The notes under the pieces: model-generated
The model's database searches: none
Seen by the model: the letters and a program-made list of their open reading frames with translations, nothing else
What the model was told of the DNA's origin: nothing
In this document: positions 1 to 11,350 of the stretch, piece by piece
Layout of the letters: every line of letters starts with the position of its first letter
How positions within the stretch are numbered: position 1 is the first letter of the stretch
Position numbers and translations under genes: made by a program
Source of the DNA: Geosiphon pyriformis uo1
Taxonomy: Eukaryota > Fungi > Glomeromycota
Assembly: GCA_016748015.1 (NCBI GenBank)
Contig: JAAOMT010000697.1
Location: 759,566 to 823,565 of the forward strand
Direction of reading: 5' to 3'
DNA: 64,000 nt

Positions 1-2272
1 AACTACCAAAACCTAAAGAAAAATATGAACTTACAATTAAAAACATATTATTTTAAAAGCCAAATAAGACTACTAAAATAAAACAGTATTTTGCTTATCC
101 CAACTTCTTTAAAAAATTGAAATTAAAGTGGTATAGTGATAATAATAAAAGAATATGCCTTAAAAAAACATATATAAATAATACTAGATTTAATTTGAAA
201 TACTCTGAATAATTTTTTATAATTATAGCACTCTGTTTTTTTGTAAAGATAAATCTTAAAATAGCTTTAGAAATTTCTATTAACACTATAATCTAAGTAA
301 AATACAACTATAAAAATAAAGTAAAAGTATATTACCAAATTACAAGTCATACTTATTTGATCAAAGAAGCTTAAATTCAACAATTAAAGCAAATAAACAT
401 TCAACTGTATGAAGAATATATTATGTCTTGTGATGATTAATAGTGTTTAGAATACTATGTCTTTAGCATTCTTTTGCACAGTAAAAAAGACAAACATAAT
501 ATTAAATTTGAAAAACTTGAACCAGAAAAAAAAATTGCAATTACATTAATTTACTTGATCAAAAACCAGTTTACCATAAAATTCTTAATGAAAATCAATT
601 TTAAAATTGCTCTTGAAATCTTACCAAGAGTAATAGTTCAAATTGTTTTTCAATTATTATTGGCAAGCAAAAAAATCAATATTAGAAAAGAAATTATAGA
701 TGCAGAATATACAAAAAACATTACAGTTGTGCTACAAAATAAAACTGAAAAACCATTTAAGATTAAGCATGTTGAAAAAATTATCCAAGCAATTTATTTA
801 TTCTTAATTAACATTTTGGGTTTATAACTAGTTATTTAAAGAAAACAATTAAACAAAAATAATAAAAAAATCCAAGATTTTGGTTTAACTAAACGTTTTA
901 TAATTCCAATAAATATAGTTCTTAATACACAGAATAAATCTTACCAGATTATTTTATTTTTTCAACCAATTATTATATTATTCTTTGGAAAATATTACGA
1001 AATTTATACTTGTTTAAAACCAACTACCACTTAACAAATTTTTGAATTAAATAAACAAATTTGTCTAAAACATGAAATCTCAATTCCAAACATTTATATT
1101 TCAAAAGAAATGAAAAAATTCCAAGTTATTTTTTACAATTTTAACAACCACTTCATCATTTTATTAAATAAATTAGAAATTAAAATCATACATAGCAATA
1201 TTTTTTAAAATGAAACCTCTTAAATTATTTCTAAATTTATTGAAATTGTGAAACATATCTTTTTTCCAAATTCAAATATTCTGTCTACTACTGAAAACTA
1301 TTATCTTATTGAAGAAAAACTTTCTTAATTAACATATATCTTTTGAAATCCTAACAACAAAAACAATTAAAACAGCTAATCACTAAATATGCTAATATAT
1401 TTACCAAAAATAACAATAATCTAAGCACATAAAGATCAACTGAAACTATATTACAATATAGTATTATTATCTACCAATTATATTCTACAACTAAAAGCAC
1501 AATGAATACTAAATAAGATTCCACAAGATCTAGAACCAATTATAATCATCAATACAAATATGTCAAATTAAACAACTGCAATAATATATAAAAACATGGT
1601 ATATGTAACAAAAATAACAATAAATAATAAAAATTACTGATGACATCTATTCACTCGCACAACAATTATTCTAACTGATTTAACAACAAAACATAGAAAT
1701 TACAATCAACCAATAAACTATTTAGTACAAAGATATTAAAAAGAAAACTCAATACAAAATGCACAGAAAACCAGAAAACATTATAAATAAGATAATAAAA
1801 AAAGTAAAATTGTCAATAAAAATACCAGAAACAGCTATATTATATCAAAAATTGATGAAAAAAACTTGAAATTAGTGAATACAACAATTTTCAAAAAACT
1901 TTTGTTATTATCACTTGGAACAAAACCTAAACATTCAAAACTTGTATACTGACAAAACAAAATAGTTATTCAATACAACAATACTACAACAACTTGAAAA
2001 ATTTGTAAGAAAAAACAATCTGTTTACACAGACATAAGACATATATTAGTTATATATAAGATTTTAAAATTGACCAACAATACTATTTAATTCAGTGATA
2101 GATATAGTTATCATTAATTAATTAAGAAAAATGACCAATACCTAATTTAAAGAATTGCAGATCAAAATAATTCAAGTAATTCTTGAAAAAAAAGTTTAAG
2201 AGTTAATCAAAAATGAAGAGTTAGGAAATATATAAGATTTTAATAGAGTTTAATATTAAAAAAAGAAAATAA
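1..2272 (+). mobile_element. Degenerate, internally deleted, chimeric Ty3/Gypsy internal region (element 1)
   Basis: 1-300 reads as a dUTPase N-half (KWYSDNNK...FNLKYS...KINLKIALEI). 300-1425 is homologous to element B (end of Cys-rich module, dUTPase KIALEILPRVIVQIV...IIDAEYT...EKIIQAIYL, spacer, RT start FTKNNNNL). It then jumps to the integrase C-end (KIPQDLEPIIIINTNMSN*, stop ~1571), an ORF3 remnant and a PPT (ttaaaaaaagaaaataa, 2256-2272). Confidence 0.85.
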
Positions 2273-2854
2273 TATTACATATAGAATATAGAAATTATAT
2301 ATTAGTACATAAATTAGTCAATTAAAATAGACATAATAAAAGTGGAATTCCAAGATTTCTCTCAGAAAAATTGCAGAAATCCAAAATTACAAGATTCTTA
2401 TGTAAGGAATTACAGGATTTCAGAATTCTTTTCAAAAAATTACAAGATTTCTGGCTAGAAAATTAAGGAATTTAAGAAATCTTATACAATAAAATTTATG
2501 TATATATAATAGTAGCATTAGAAGCAGAAAAAAAAAATTCTTAGTTGAAAAACTTCAGTTCCAATTTTATATTCATTCTTTTATATGATAGTATTCTATA
2601 AATTAAAGTAAAAATATCAAATATCAATAAAATATTTATTACTATTGCAATCTATCTTTTTATTATTAACAACTTATGTTGATAATTGCTAATACTTAAC
2701 TACACTAAACCAATAGCTTTTAATTATGGCTATTGATAGAACACTAACTCTTCTTGTCTTGGCTTATTTCTTTATTTTTATTTATTTTATTTATTTCTTT
2801 GTTGTTTGTTAGTTACTAATTGATTTGAAAAATTAAGCACTAATTAATTGACAT
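2273..2854 (+). repeat. 3' LTR of element 1, 5' part (interrupted by element B)
   Basis: Follows the PPT and starts tattaca (decayed TGTTAC). It is a reverse-complement homologue of the LTRs at 62712-63613 and 3529-4396. It contains a GGAATTCC-like tandem array (2341-2480) and a TATATATAA box (~2501). Confidence 0.85.
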
Positions 2855-3528
2855 TGTTACCAGTAGAATTTTAGCTATTAATTAGCATGAAATTACCCTC
2901 ATAATTCTTATTATTAACTAACATATATTATTATTATTTCAATTATCACTTATTATTTAATCAAATTATTAAATATCATTACTTAATCAATAATCTGATT
3001 TGTACTATAGAAATTAAGATAATCAAATTACACAATATTCTGAACCATTTAATATAGTCAAAATTCGCCGAAATTAATGAAAATTGGCCAAAATAATCAA
3101 TAGTTCAATGAAATAATTTGTAGTTTGCCAAAATGTATCTTTAGTTTACCAAAATTATAGCAAAGAAAAAAGTGCAAGTTTAAAGACTAGTATTATAATA
3201 AGTTATATAAAAAAAGAGCTTTTTTCTTTAAAAAAATGTATTTTCTTATAGTATCTTACCATAGTATCTTACTTTAAATATCTTAATTAGAACAAATTAT
3301 CTTTTATATATTCCAATAAAAATTAAATATTCAAAAACCAAATCTTTTGATTATTACACTTGAAATTCTCTTAACACAACTAACATTTTGAAATTAATTA
3401 GCTACCAATTTCAGTAATCTGTTAATGACTCCAGGTCTGGATAGAAAACGTTTCTCTTGACACAATTCTATTTTTTTTATATTTTTTTATATTTTTTTAT
3501 ATTTTTCTTATTATAATTATTAGAGTGG
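2855..3528 (+). repeat. 5' LTR of element B (first ~670 bp; remainder lost)
   Basis: Colinear direct repeat of 18736-19397; broken at agagtgg by the LTR of element A. Confidence 0.92.
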
Positions 3529-4396
3529 TATTACAGATAATTACTTGGTTGTTAGAGTAAATAACAAACCCATAACTTGGTGCTTAAGGCTGTTGTCAAT
3601 GATAAAAATCTAAAGGTGTATTTATCTGAAGATTTTGGTTGAATCTTTTGTATAATGGACAGAGATTCAGTGGTAATAGTTTTATCCATAGTTTCCCAAA
3701 ACTGCAGTTTTGTCAATTTTTTTCTCAGTATGATGACTAGTGTTTCTCCTGGTAAGCTAACCTCAATCAAGTGTTCTACTCTTATTTCTGGGTCTTTTAC
3801 CAATGCTATATCTTGACGTTAGTACCCTGCATGTTAATTCTCAATAGAGTTAGTAATAATAACAATTAAGACAAGAAAATAAAAGAAATAACATAAAGAA
3901 ATAAGCCAAGGCAATAAACAAGTTAGTATCCCATCAATAGCCATGATCAAGAGCTATTGGTCCAGTGTGATTACATATCAATAACTATCAACATGAAGTG
4001 TTGATAGTGAAGAGTGGATTTGGATGGTGGATGATTTATTTATTTATTATTTGTGAATGAAAAATTTCTAACTAACTGATTCTCTTTCTTTTCTTCTAAT
4101 GCTACTGTTATATATACATGATTAATATTCTATGAGATTGCTTATATTTCCAAGCAATGTGCTATGATTTTTTGAGCAATGCTCATATTGCTGAGTGATG
4201 TGCTCTAATTTTCTAATATCACTCCATATTGCTGAGCAATATGCTGTGTTTTCTGATATTGCTCCATATTGCTAAGCAATATGTCATAATTTCTAATATT
4301 GCTCCATATTGCTGAGCACTGTGCTCACATGCTAAATACTATTCTCTTATTGGTCTGCTATTTTCTATATTTGTTTTTTTTCTTTTATGAATAATA
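3529..4396 (-). repeat. 3' LTR of element A
   Basis: Homologous to 62712-63613 over the R/U5 part; decayed TGTTAC...GTAACA ends; TATA box near 4108; PPT adjacent. Confidence 0.88.
4140..4333. repeat. ~40-bp tandem array in U3 of LTR A
   Basis: Units of the form ttctaatattgctccatattgctgagcaatatg... start at 4211, 4251 and 4291, with degenerate copies upstream. The core ATATTGCTGAGCAATAT is palindromic. Confidence 0.85.
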
Positions 4397-4411
4397 TTAT
4401 TTCCTCCTTTT

Positions 4412-5066
4412 AATATTGAGCTCCATCGAAATCTTCATTCTAAATTAGCTCTAATATTTTTTTTTCTAGTATTGTTTGTTTGACTTTATTTTTTACATCT
4501 TTTACTTGTACATTGTTTATTCTTCCCCATTGGTTAATGGTTATGGTTTCCATGTCAGAGTATAACAGTATTTTTGGATAGTTCTAAAATATGTTGTGTA
4601 GTCAGTAAATTGTTCTCACATGTAGTGTTGAGTTCATCTTTTTCCCAATAAATTCTTCAATTTGCTGTATTATGTTTTGGTTAAATATCCTCTTGGATTT
4701 GTTGATATACAACTTTTGAATATTCAACTTCTGATCTAACTAGTAGTAACAGTATGATATTGAAAGTTGTTTTGTCCATTGCTTCCAATTCTCTTTTGTA
4801 AGTTCTTCTGTTGGTGCCATAATAGATATTTTCCCAAAAGTGTTCTTTACTTTTTCTATTATGTTATCTGACCCATTTTTATTATACTTTGGTAACTGCT
4901 GATATGGTGTATTCTTTGTCTTACTTTTGGTGTTTTGATGGCAAATTGTTTGGTTGTTAATGATAATTTCCAAGTCTGAAAGTTGTTGACTTAAGACCTA
5001 GAATAACTGTTGAGTTATGATGTGAATATGATTTGGTATTTCCATTTTCTTGGTTGCTTTTGTCAT
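4412..5066 (-). pseudogene. ORF3 of element A (extra ORF between integrase and PPT)
   Basis: MTKATKKMEIPNHIHIITQQLF*VLSQQLSDLEIIINNQTI...SYCYY*LDQKLNIQ; homologous to the same position in elements B, 1 and D. Confidence 0.7.
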
Positions 5067-5104
5067 GTCTACTGTGTTTTTATATATTCTTTTATTGTTT
5101 GATT

Positions 5105-6477
5105 TTACATGTTTGGTCCAATGATTATGATTGGTTCCAGATCTCATGGAATCTTATCTGGTTGGACTAGTATTTGTTGTACTTCTAATTATGAAATGTT
5201 ATTGGTAGATGATGATATTATTTGGTAATATGGTTTTAGTTAATCACCATATGCTGCTTTGGCTAAAATTTTGTTGTTCTATCTTAATTTATAAGCTCTA
5301 TTTCCAAGAATTTCTTCTATGTGAAATGGTTCATCCCATTTGGGGTCAAATTTTCTACTCCATTGTTTTTCCACTTTGGTATGATGTAAAAGTACTTTGT
5401 CTCTAATCTTGAATTCAATTGGTTTGTCTGGTAGTTGATTATCATGTCTTTCTTTTTGTTTTTCTTGTGACTTTTGGATGTTATCAGCTGCTTTTCATTG
5501 TCTGTTTTTCAGTATTTTTATTAAGTCATATGTTTTTTTCAACAAGGTTTCTTGGAAATTATCTTCTGTTATTGGTTCAGTTATGTATTGACTTCTATCT
5601 CAACTGGTAATGTTGTTGTTCTACCATATACCAATTCAAATAGTGTTGCTTGTGTGATATTTTGCTTCATTGTCTAATAAGCAAATAATAATAATAGTAT
5701 AAACAAATCCCATTCTTCTTGATTTTCTTGACTGATTTTGGCAATTGCTTCACACAGTGTTCTATTAAATCTTTCAACTAAACCATTTGTTTGTAAATAG
5801 TATGGTGATAATACTGGTCTTTTGATTCCGAATTGGTGACCTAATTCTACTAATGTTCTGTTTACAAAGTGAGTTCTTTGATCTAATAGTAGTTCTTTTG
5901 GACATTCATGTTGACAAATCAAACCTTAATAAACGAATTTGGCAATGGATTCTGCATTTGCTCTTTAAATGGCTTTTGCTTCTGGCCATTTTGTAAGATA
6001 GTTTATGGCTACTGCAATATATCTGTTGCTTCTGCTGGTAATTGTTAATGGTCTGACTAAGTCAATTCCAATACAGTTGAATGATTGTCTTACTTTGATT
6101 GGTCTTAATGATTCACTAAGTTTTGTTCCACCTCTTCTCTGACAAGCATCACAATTCTGAACATATTAAATGATATCTGGATATATTGATGGCCAATAGT
6201 ATTATTTTCTTGTTTTTTCTATGGTTACTTCTTTATGAAAATGTCTTGCTGTTGGATCTGAATATATGTTGAATAATATTGTCTCTTTTTCTGGTTCTGT
6301 GATGACTCTTATTGGTTGATCTGAATTTCTTCTGTTTTTTTGGTAAAGTATATCTTTATAATTGATAAAATATTTTGATTGTTGTTTGATATTATTTCGC
6401 TCATTTTGAGATAATTTCTCCTTGAACTGTTGAGTATTTATATAATGTTGTAGTTGTTGATATTTTTGTATGTTCAT
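5105..6477 (-). pseudogene. Integrase of element A (HHCC, DDE, GPF/Y module, no chromodomain)
   Basis: ARHFHKEVTIEK...YWP...CDACQ, GIDLVRPL, LLLDQRTHF, SPYYLQTNGLVERFNRTL, WDLFI, KWDEPF; many stops and frameshifts. Confidence 0.9.
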
Positions 6478-6506
6478 TTTTTGTTATATTTTTGTGTTGA
6501 GATGTT

Positions 6507-7870
6507 TTAGATTTGTCTTATTCGTGACAAACTGTCAGCATTTCCATTGTCTTTTCTCTTTTTATAATGTATAGTATAAGTATATGGTAATAGTGCTATT
6601 TTCTATCTTGATTGTCTTCCATCTCCAAATTTCTGTTTATGAAGTGCTGTTAATCCCTTGTGATCTGTGTATACATCAAACTTCTGGCTCAAGTATTCAC
6701 TCCATTTCATGACTGCCCAATAAATTGCTAAGTGTTCTAATTTTGGTGTTCCATAATTTCTTTCAGCTGAAGTTAAACTTCAGCTGGCATATGTGACTGG
6801 ATGTTCTCTTCAATCCAGTTCTCTCTGTAATAGTACTGCTCCCAATGCTTGGCCTGATGCATTGATGGTAATAATAAATGGTTTGTTGTGATCTGAATAG
6901 ATCAGTATTGGAGCTTGTATAAGCTTTCTTCTCAGAATATTAAAAGCTTCTTGTTGTGCTTCTGTTCATTCATATTTCACATTTTTGGTTTGGAGATAAT
7001 TGAGTGGTTGGGCTATCTTAGAAAAGTTTTTGATGAAGCATTAATAATAACCTGCAAATCCCAAAAATAATTTTAACTCAGTTACATTGATTGGTACTGG
7101 AAAGTTCTTGACTATTTCTATTTTTCTTGGATCCGTTTTGATGTCATCTTTGCTTACTATGTGCCCTAAAAAGTTTAATTCTGTCTTGCCAAAGAAGCAC
7201 TTATTGGTGTTTAACTTTAGTCCTGCTCATCGTAGTCTTTTGAACACTTATTGTAGATAATACAAATAATCATCAAATGTTTTGGAAAACACATTGGTGT
7301 CATCTAAATAAACGACTACTGATTTCCACAACAAGCCAGTATATACTATTTCCATTAGCCATTGAAATGTGGCTGGCACATTTGTTAAGCCAAATGGCAT
7401 CACTTCAAATTCAAAATTTCCCTTTTGTGTTGTAAATGCAGTCTTTTCTTTGTCCACTAGATCCATGGCTACTTGTCAATAACCACTATTTAAATTCAAT
7501 GTTAAGAATCATTTGTTTCTCCCAAAAGCATTGAATAATTCCTGAATTTATGGAGTTAGATAGTTGTCTCCATGCATGACTTTATTAAGCTTTCTGTAGT
7601 CCATGCAAAAGTGGATTTTCCTATTCTTTTTCTGGATAAGTACTACTAATAATAACTATGGGCTCATTGATGGCTGAATTAATCTGTTGTTAAGCATCTG
7701 GTTGATTTCTTGACAAATGATCTTATGGCTGGTGGGTGGTACTTTGTATGCTTGTTGTTTTATTGATATAGCATCTCCAGTTTTAATCTGGTATTGGATG
7801 ATATCAGTTCTGCCGAATTCATTCTCACTGGTAAAGATGTCATTGAACTTGTTGAGCAACATCTTCAGTT
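6507..7870 (-). pseudogene. RT and RNase H of element A
   Basis: KEKTAFTTQKGNFEFEVMPFGLTNVPATFQ, VVVYLDDTNVFS, NASGQALGAVL, ERNYGTPKLEHLAI, VYTDHK, NADSLSRIRQI*. Confidence 0.92.
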
Positions 7871-8319
7871 GCATGCATTGAAGTGGGTTTAGATTCCCTA
7901 TATTCATTTGTTCTAATTGTTCTGGTTGTAGCAAATAACATTCATTTCATCCATATATTGTTTGTAATGTGATGTCAATATATCCACAAAGCTGTGGAAA
8001 GTCTGGAATGAGGTTTGGTGGTTGGTTTTCTATTTTAGTAGTTAAATGTCCTATAATGATTCTTTCTGGTATCTCTATAACTTTTCCAGTGTTGTTGTAA
8101 ATAGAAATTTTGATGTGGCTATAGTTCCTGGCTGGTATGTAGAGATTGATGAATCCAATTTCTCCTGATTCACAACGTGCTGCTTCTGCCTCAAAAATTT
8201 GGTTCTGATTCTTCACTTTCCTTTCTATGACTACCATATACTGGTTATATGATAGAATGGAAATTGGTTGACTGGTGGAGATAATTTCTCCTTGTCAATA
8301 ATCTCTTTTTTCATTATAT

Positions 8320-8760
8320 TAACTGGTATATCTATTCTACTCATTGATCCAAATCCCTGTATCCCTCTTGCTGTTATTCCTAATTCTTCCCTATTTCCTA
8401 CTGATACTAACTGAGCTATTTTGACTAAAGGCAGGAATATTGTCTGTGCTATCTTTTTGTTTGGCTCTATTACATAGGTCTTTTCTGAATCGTTTTGTAG
8501 CATAGCAATGATATTTCCCACATATCTTGCATCAATTATTCCTCCTCTAATGTTAATTTCTCTTTTTGCTAAACTACTCCTAAATGCTAGTTGAACCATT
8601 GTAGTTGCTAGAATTTCTAGTGCTATTTTCAGATTAATGCAAGTGCACAAATGTGGTTCCAATTTAATAGCATTTTTTCCAGGATATCTTAGATTAAACC
8701 CTACATCAGTATCATGTGCATGTTCTGGCATAATACCTTCATTATTGTTACTGAACCATT
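8320..8760 (-). pseudogene. Retroelement-borne trimeric dUTPase domain (element A)
   Basis: All five dUTPase motifs are recognisable: DVGFNL, RSSLAK, GGIIDARYVG, IAQ, RGIQGFGS. Confidence 0.9.
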
Positions 8761-8959
8761 TTAGTTCCTGCTCCTTGGTGAGGTCAAGAAGTGTGATATA
8801 TTGTTTATAGTTTGAATCGAAGTTTAAATCTGAGTTGGAATTATTGTTATTGTTATTGCTATTTTGAACAGAACTAGAACTGTTATTTTTGTCATTGTCA
8901 TTGTCAGGATTTGAGTCAGAATTGATTTTCAATTCTGATTCTAATGTGCAGCTGCTGAT

Positions 8960-9640
8960 TGGTTCTTCTTCTTCTGGGATCATGTAGATTATATGGATCA
9001 GTGGGTTGTAAATAAGATCACACTTATTACAATATTGAAAGTCACATGGGATCAAAAAATGGTTACATAGTTGAGTGTTTAGCTGTGCTAGCTGCTGCTC
9101 CTGCTCTTCTCTTGTTGGTGCTAATCTCTGGTAGTGCTCATGGAATTCCTCAGGATTATTCTCAATGTTGCCAAAGATGTCAAATATTTGGACATACTTA
9201 GGTTCAGGTAGTAACAGAAAGTTGTTTTTTATTTTCAGTAGTTCGCTAATTGTCGCACTTTCTGTTTTTGCACTTGCCATTCTCCAGAGTTCATGCTCAT
9301 CATGTGGGTATCTTTCCAATTGTTACAATGCTCATTTTTAGACATCGTTGATTGGTGTTCCCTTATATACCCAGTTGTTGATTAGAATTGTATATTGGCA
9401 GGTTTTATCACATATTCCTTTATGTCCAGGAATGTTGTTCCACATTCCTTTGTCCAGAAAGATCTCTGCACAAGCTAAACATGGGATATTATCCCATTTT
9501 TCCACTCATTTTGGTCGTCCAAAACATTCTAGAATGTATGCTTAGCAGTAAAATTTGGTTGCTGTTAAGTATTTTTCATCATTGTCACAGCATGCATCTA
9601 TTGATGACAATTTCTTGTCACAATCAATGCATATAAGCTT
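8960..9640 (-). pseudogene. Cys-rich module between protease and dUTPase (element A)
   Basis: CIDCDKK, FYC*AY, WDNIPCLAC, GICDKTCQY, ERYPHD, LCNHFLIPCDFQYCNKC; colinear with element B 13440-14070. Confidence 0.7.
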
Positions 9641-10039
9641 TGGTTAATGATAGTTAGAGGATTGTAATGGTGTATATTTATGAGGGGTATAATTGTCAAT
9701 TGGTAGTAACTTTTCTTCTTTTGCTTTTCTTTTTCCTTTGCTGTTCTCTTCCCATTCCCAGCTTGGTATTGGTTTGCTCTTATCATTGTTGGTCCAGTTC
9801 AAGTCATCAGTTTCTCAGGTAAGTTCCTCTCTTTGCTTTCCTTAGGTGTTGTTATTCTATGAGAGTATTGGTGGCAGTTTATTATGGTCGTTGTCAGCTC
9901 ATGAGACTTAATAGGCTTCCCAGGTAGGTTTTTTCTCTTCTTCCTTAAACTCGATGAGTGGTGCTGGTGTGTTGATGGTCTTGAAGTGGCTGTATGTGGC
10001 TAGTACACATGTATGTTGACCATTTTGGTTGAGTTGGAG

Positions 10040-10400
10040 CTTTTGTGTTGTCCAATCCAATATGGCATTTGTTTTAATGAGCCAGTTATTACCAACTAGT
10101 GCTTGCTATTGAGTGGCTTCCATTACCAAAACTTTGATAGGGACTATGATGCCATTGACTTTAAAAGGGAAGTCATCAATCTCACCAATAAAAGTTTTGG
10201 TTGCTCTATTAGCTGTGATGATCTTTGCGCTGACAGCTCTGTCAACTCGGCGATCTAATTGATCTATGAGTTGTTTGGTGATAATGCTGCCAGCTAATCC
10301 ACTATTTAAGATCAGTTTAATATGCTGACTATTGACTTTGACATCAGTATACATCGCGGTTATTGGTTTGGTGTTCAGAGCGGCTCCACTGAATAATGGA
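10040..10400 (-). pseudogene. Retropepsin-type aspartic protease (element A)
   Basis: AMYTDVKVNSQHIKLILNSGLAGSII (decayed DSG) ... QALVGNNWL. Confidence 0.85.
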
Positions 10401-10939
10401 ACTGATGTGATTTCCTCAAGTTCAAATAAGAATATGGCAGCAAGTAATTCATCTTTAGTGCTGGTGGCTGGTGGAATGTTGTGGGTAAATGGCTTCTGAT
10501 TGGTTTCCTGTTTGCTAAATGCAGCATCTTCTGGAGTAACTAGAAGACTTAAGTAGTTCTGAGAACTCAGGTTTTGGTTATTCCCAGTTCCTGAACTCTG
10601 CTGGCATAATCCTGATGGTTGATTTGATGAACTGGGGATCAGTTGGTGGACCACCATTGCCAATCTCTAGTTTTGGGTTACTTTGAATCTGGGGTTTCTG
10701 GATGTTATTATAAATGGGTTTTGGAGCAGTGTTTGAATTGATTGTTGTGGTTGATAGACTATTTGTGATTGTGGTTAATATATTATAGGTGGCTGCAGTT
10801 AATATATTTGAGGTTGATATATTAGTGTTTAATAAATTGGCAGCATCATTGGCAGGTAAGTGGATTGATATTGATTTTGATTCAAGTAATAATTCGGAGT
10901 TGGAAACTGGCGATCGGAATTTCAATATTGATTTTCCAA

Positions 10940-11350
10940 TTATGGGTTACTATAAGCACAGCAATCGGCTCTAATGTAACCTTGTTTACCACAGTTGTGA
11001 CAAATTTGCATTTCTTGTTGCCATGACTGATTTGTTGATAATGATAGACATAACTAATTTTGGAAACAATTTGCGTTTCCCTGATTATTATATTGTTGAA
11101 GAGACTAATAAATTGGGCAATTGTCAGCTAAGTATCTCTTTAATTTCTGATTAATAGAATCATTGAATTGTTTCAGTTTAAAATTCAAGTCAGATGATTC
11201 ATTTATTACTAAATTCACAGCTTGGGTGTAGTTGGCTTCTAACTCAGCAGCTTCAAAATCTCTAGCATGAGTGACTGCAGTAGAAAGGTCTACTGAATGC
11301 ATTGGACATACTTGTTAGAGGATGCTGCTGCATAAGCCTCTAATAAACTA
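10940..11350 (-). pseudogene. Gag C-terminal part with CCHC zinc knuckle (element A)
   Basis: QFIRGLCSSIL...AVTHARDFE; ICHNCGKQGYIRADC. Confidence 0.8.

Larger units (their letters stand above)
3529..11350 (-). mobile_element. Ty3/Gypsy LTR retrotransposon A (degenerate, 5'-truncated) nested in the 5' LTR of B
   Basis: Minus-strand order is gag, CCHC knuckle, protease, Cys-rich module, dUTPase, RT (YLDD), RNase H, integrase, ORF3, PPT (aaaaggaggaaataa, 4397-4411), LTR. It ends abruptly within gag at ~11350. Confidence 0.92.

Noticed and set aside
3500-3560. Primer-binding site after the 5' LTR of B
   Set aside because: The LTR is interrupted here by element A; no PBS is retained for any element in the window.
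4140-4333. CRISPR-like palindromic repeats
   Set aside because: Contiguous tandem units without unique spacers, inside a eukaryotic LTR; no cas genes.
5105-6477. Stand-alone Ginger DNA transposon or host GIN1 gene
   Set aside because: No TIRs; fixed position between RNase H and ORF3/PPT in two LTR elements.
8231-9319. Host DUT1 gene or DNA-virus insertion
   Set aside because: Intronless, decayed and embedded in Pol at the same position in several elements.
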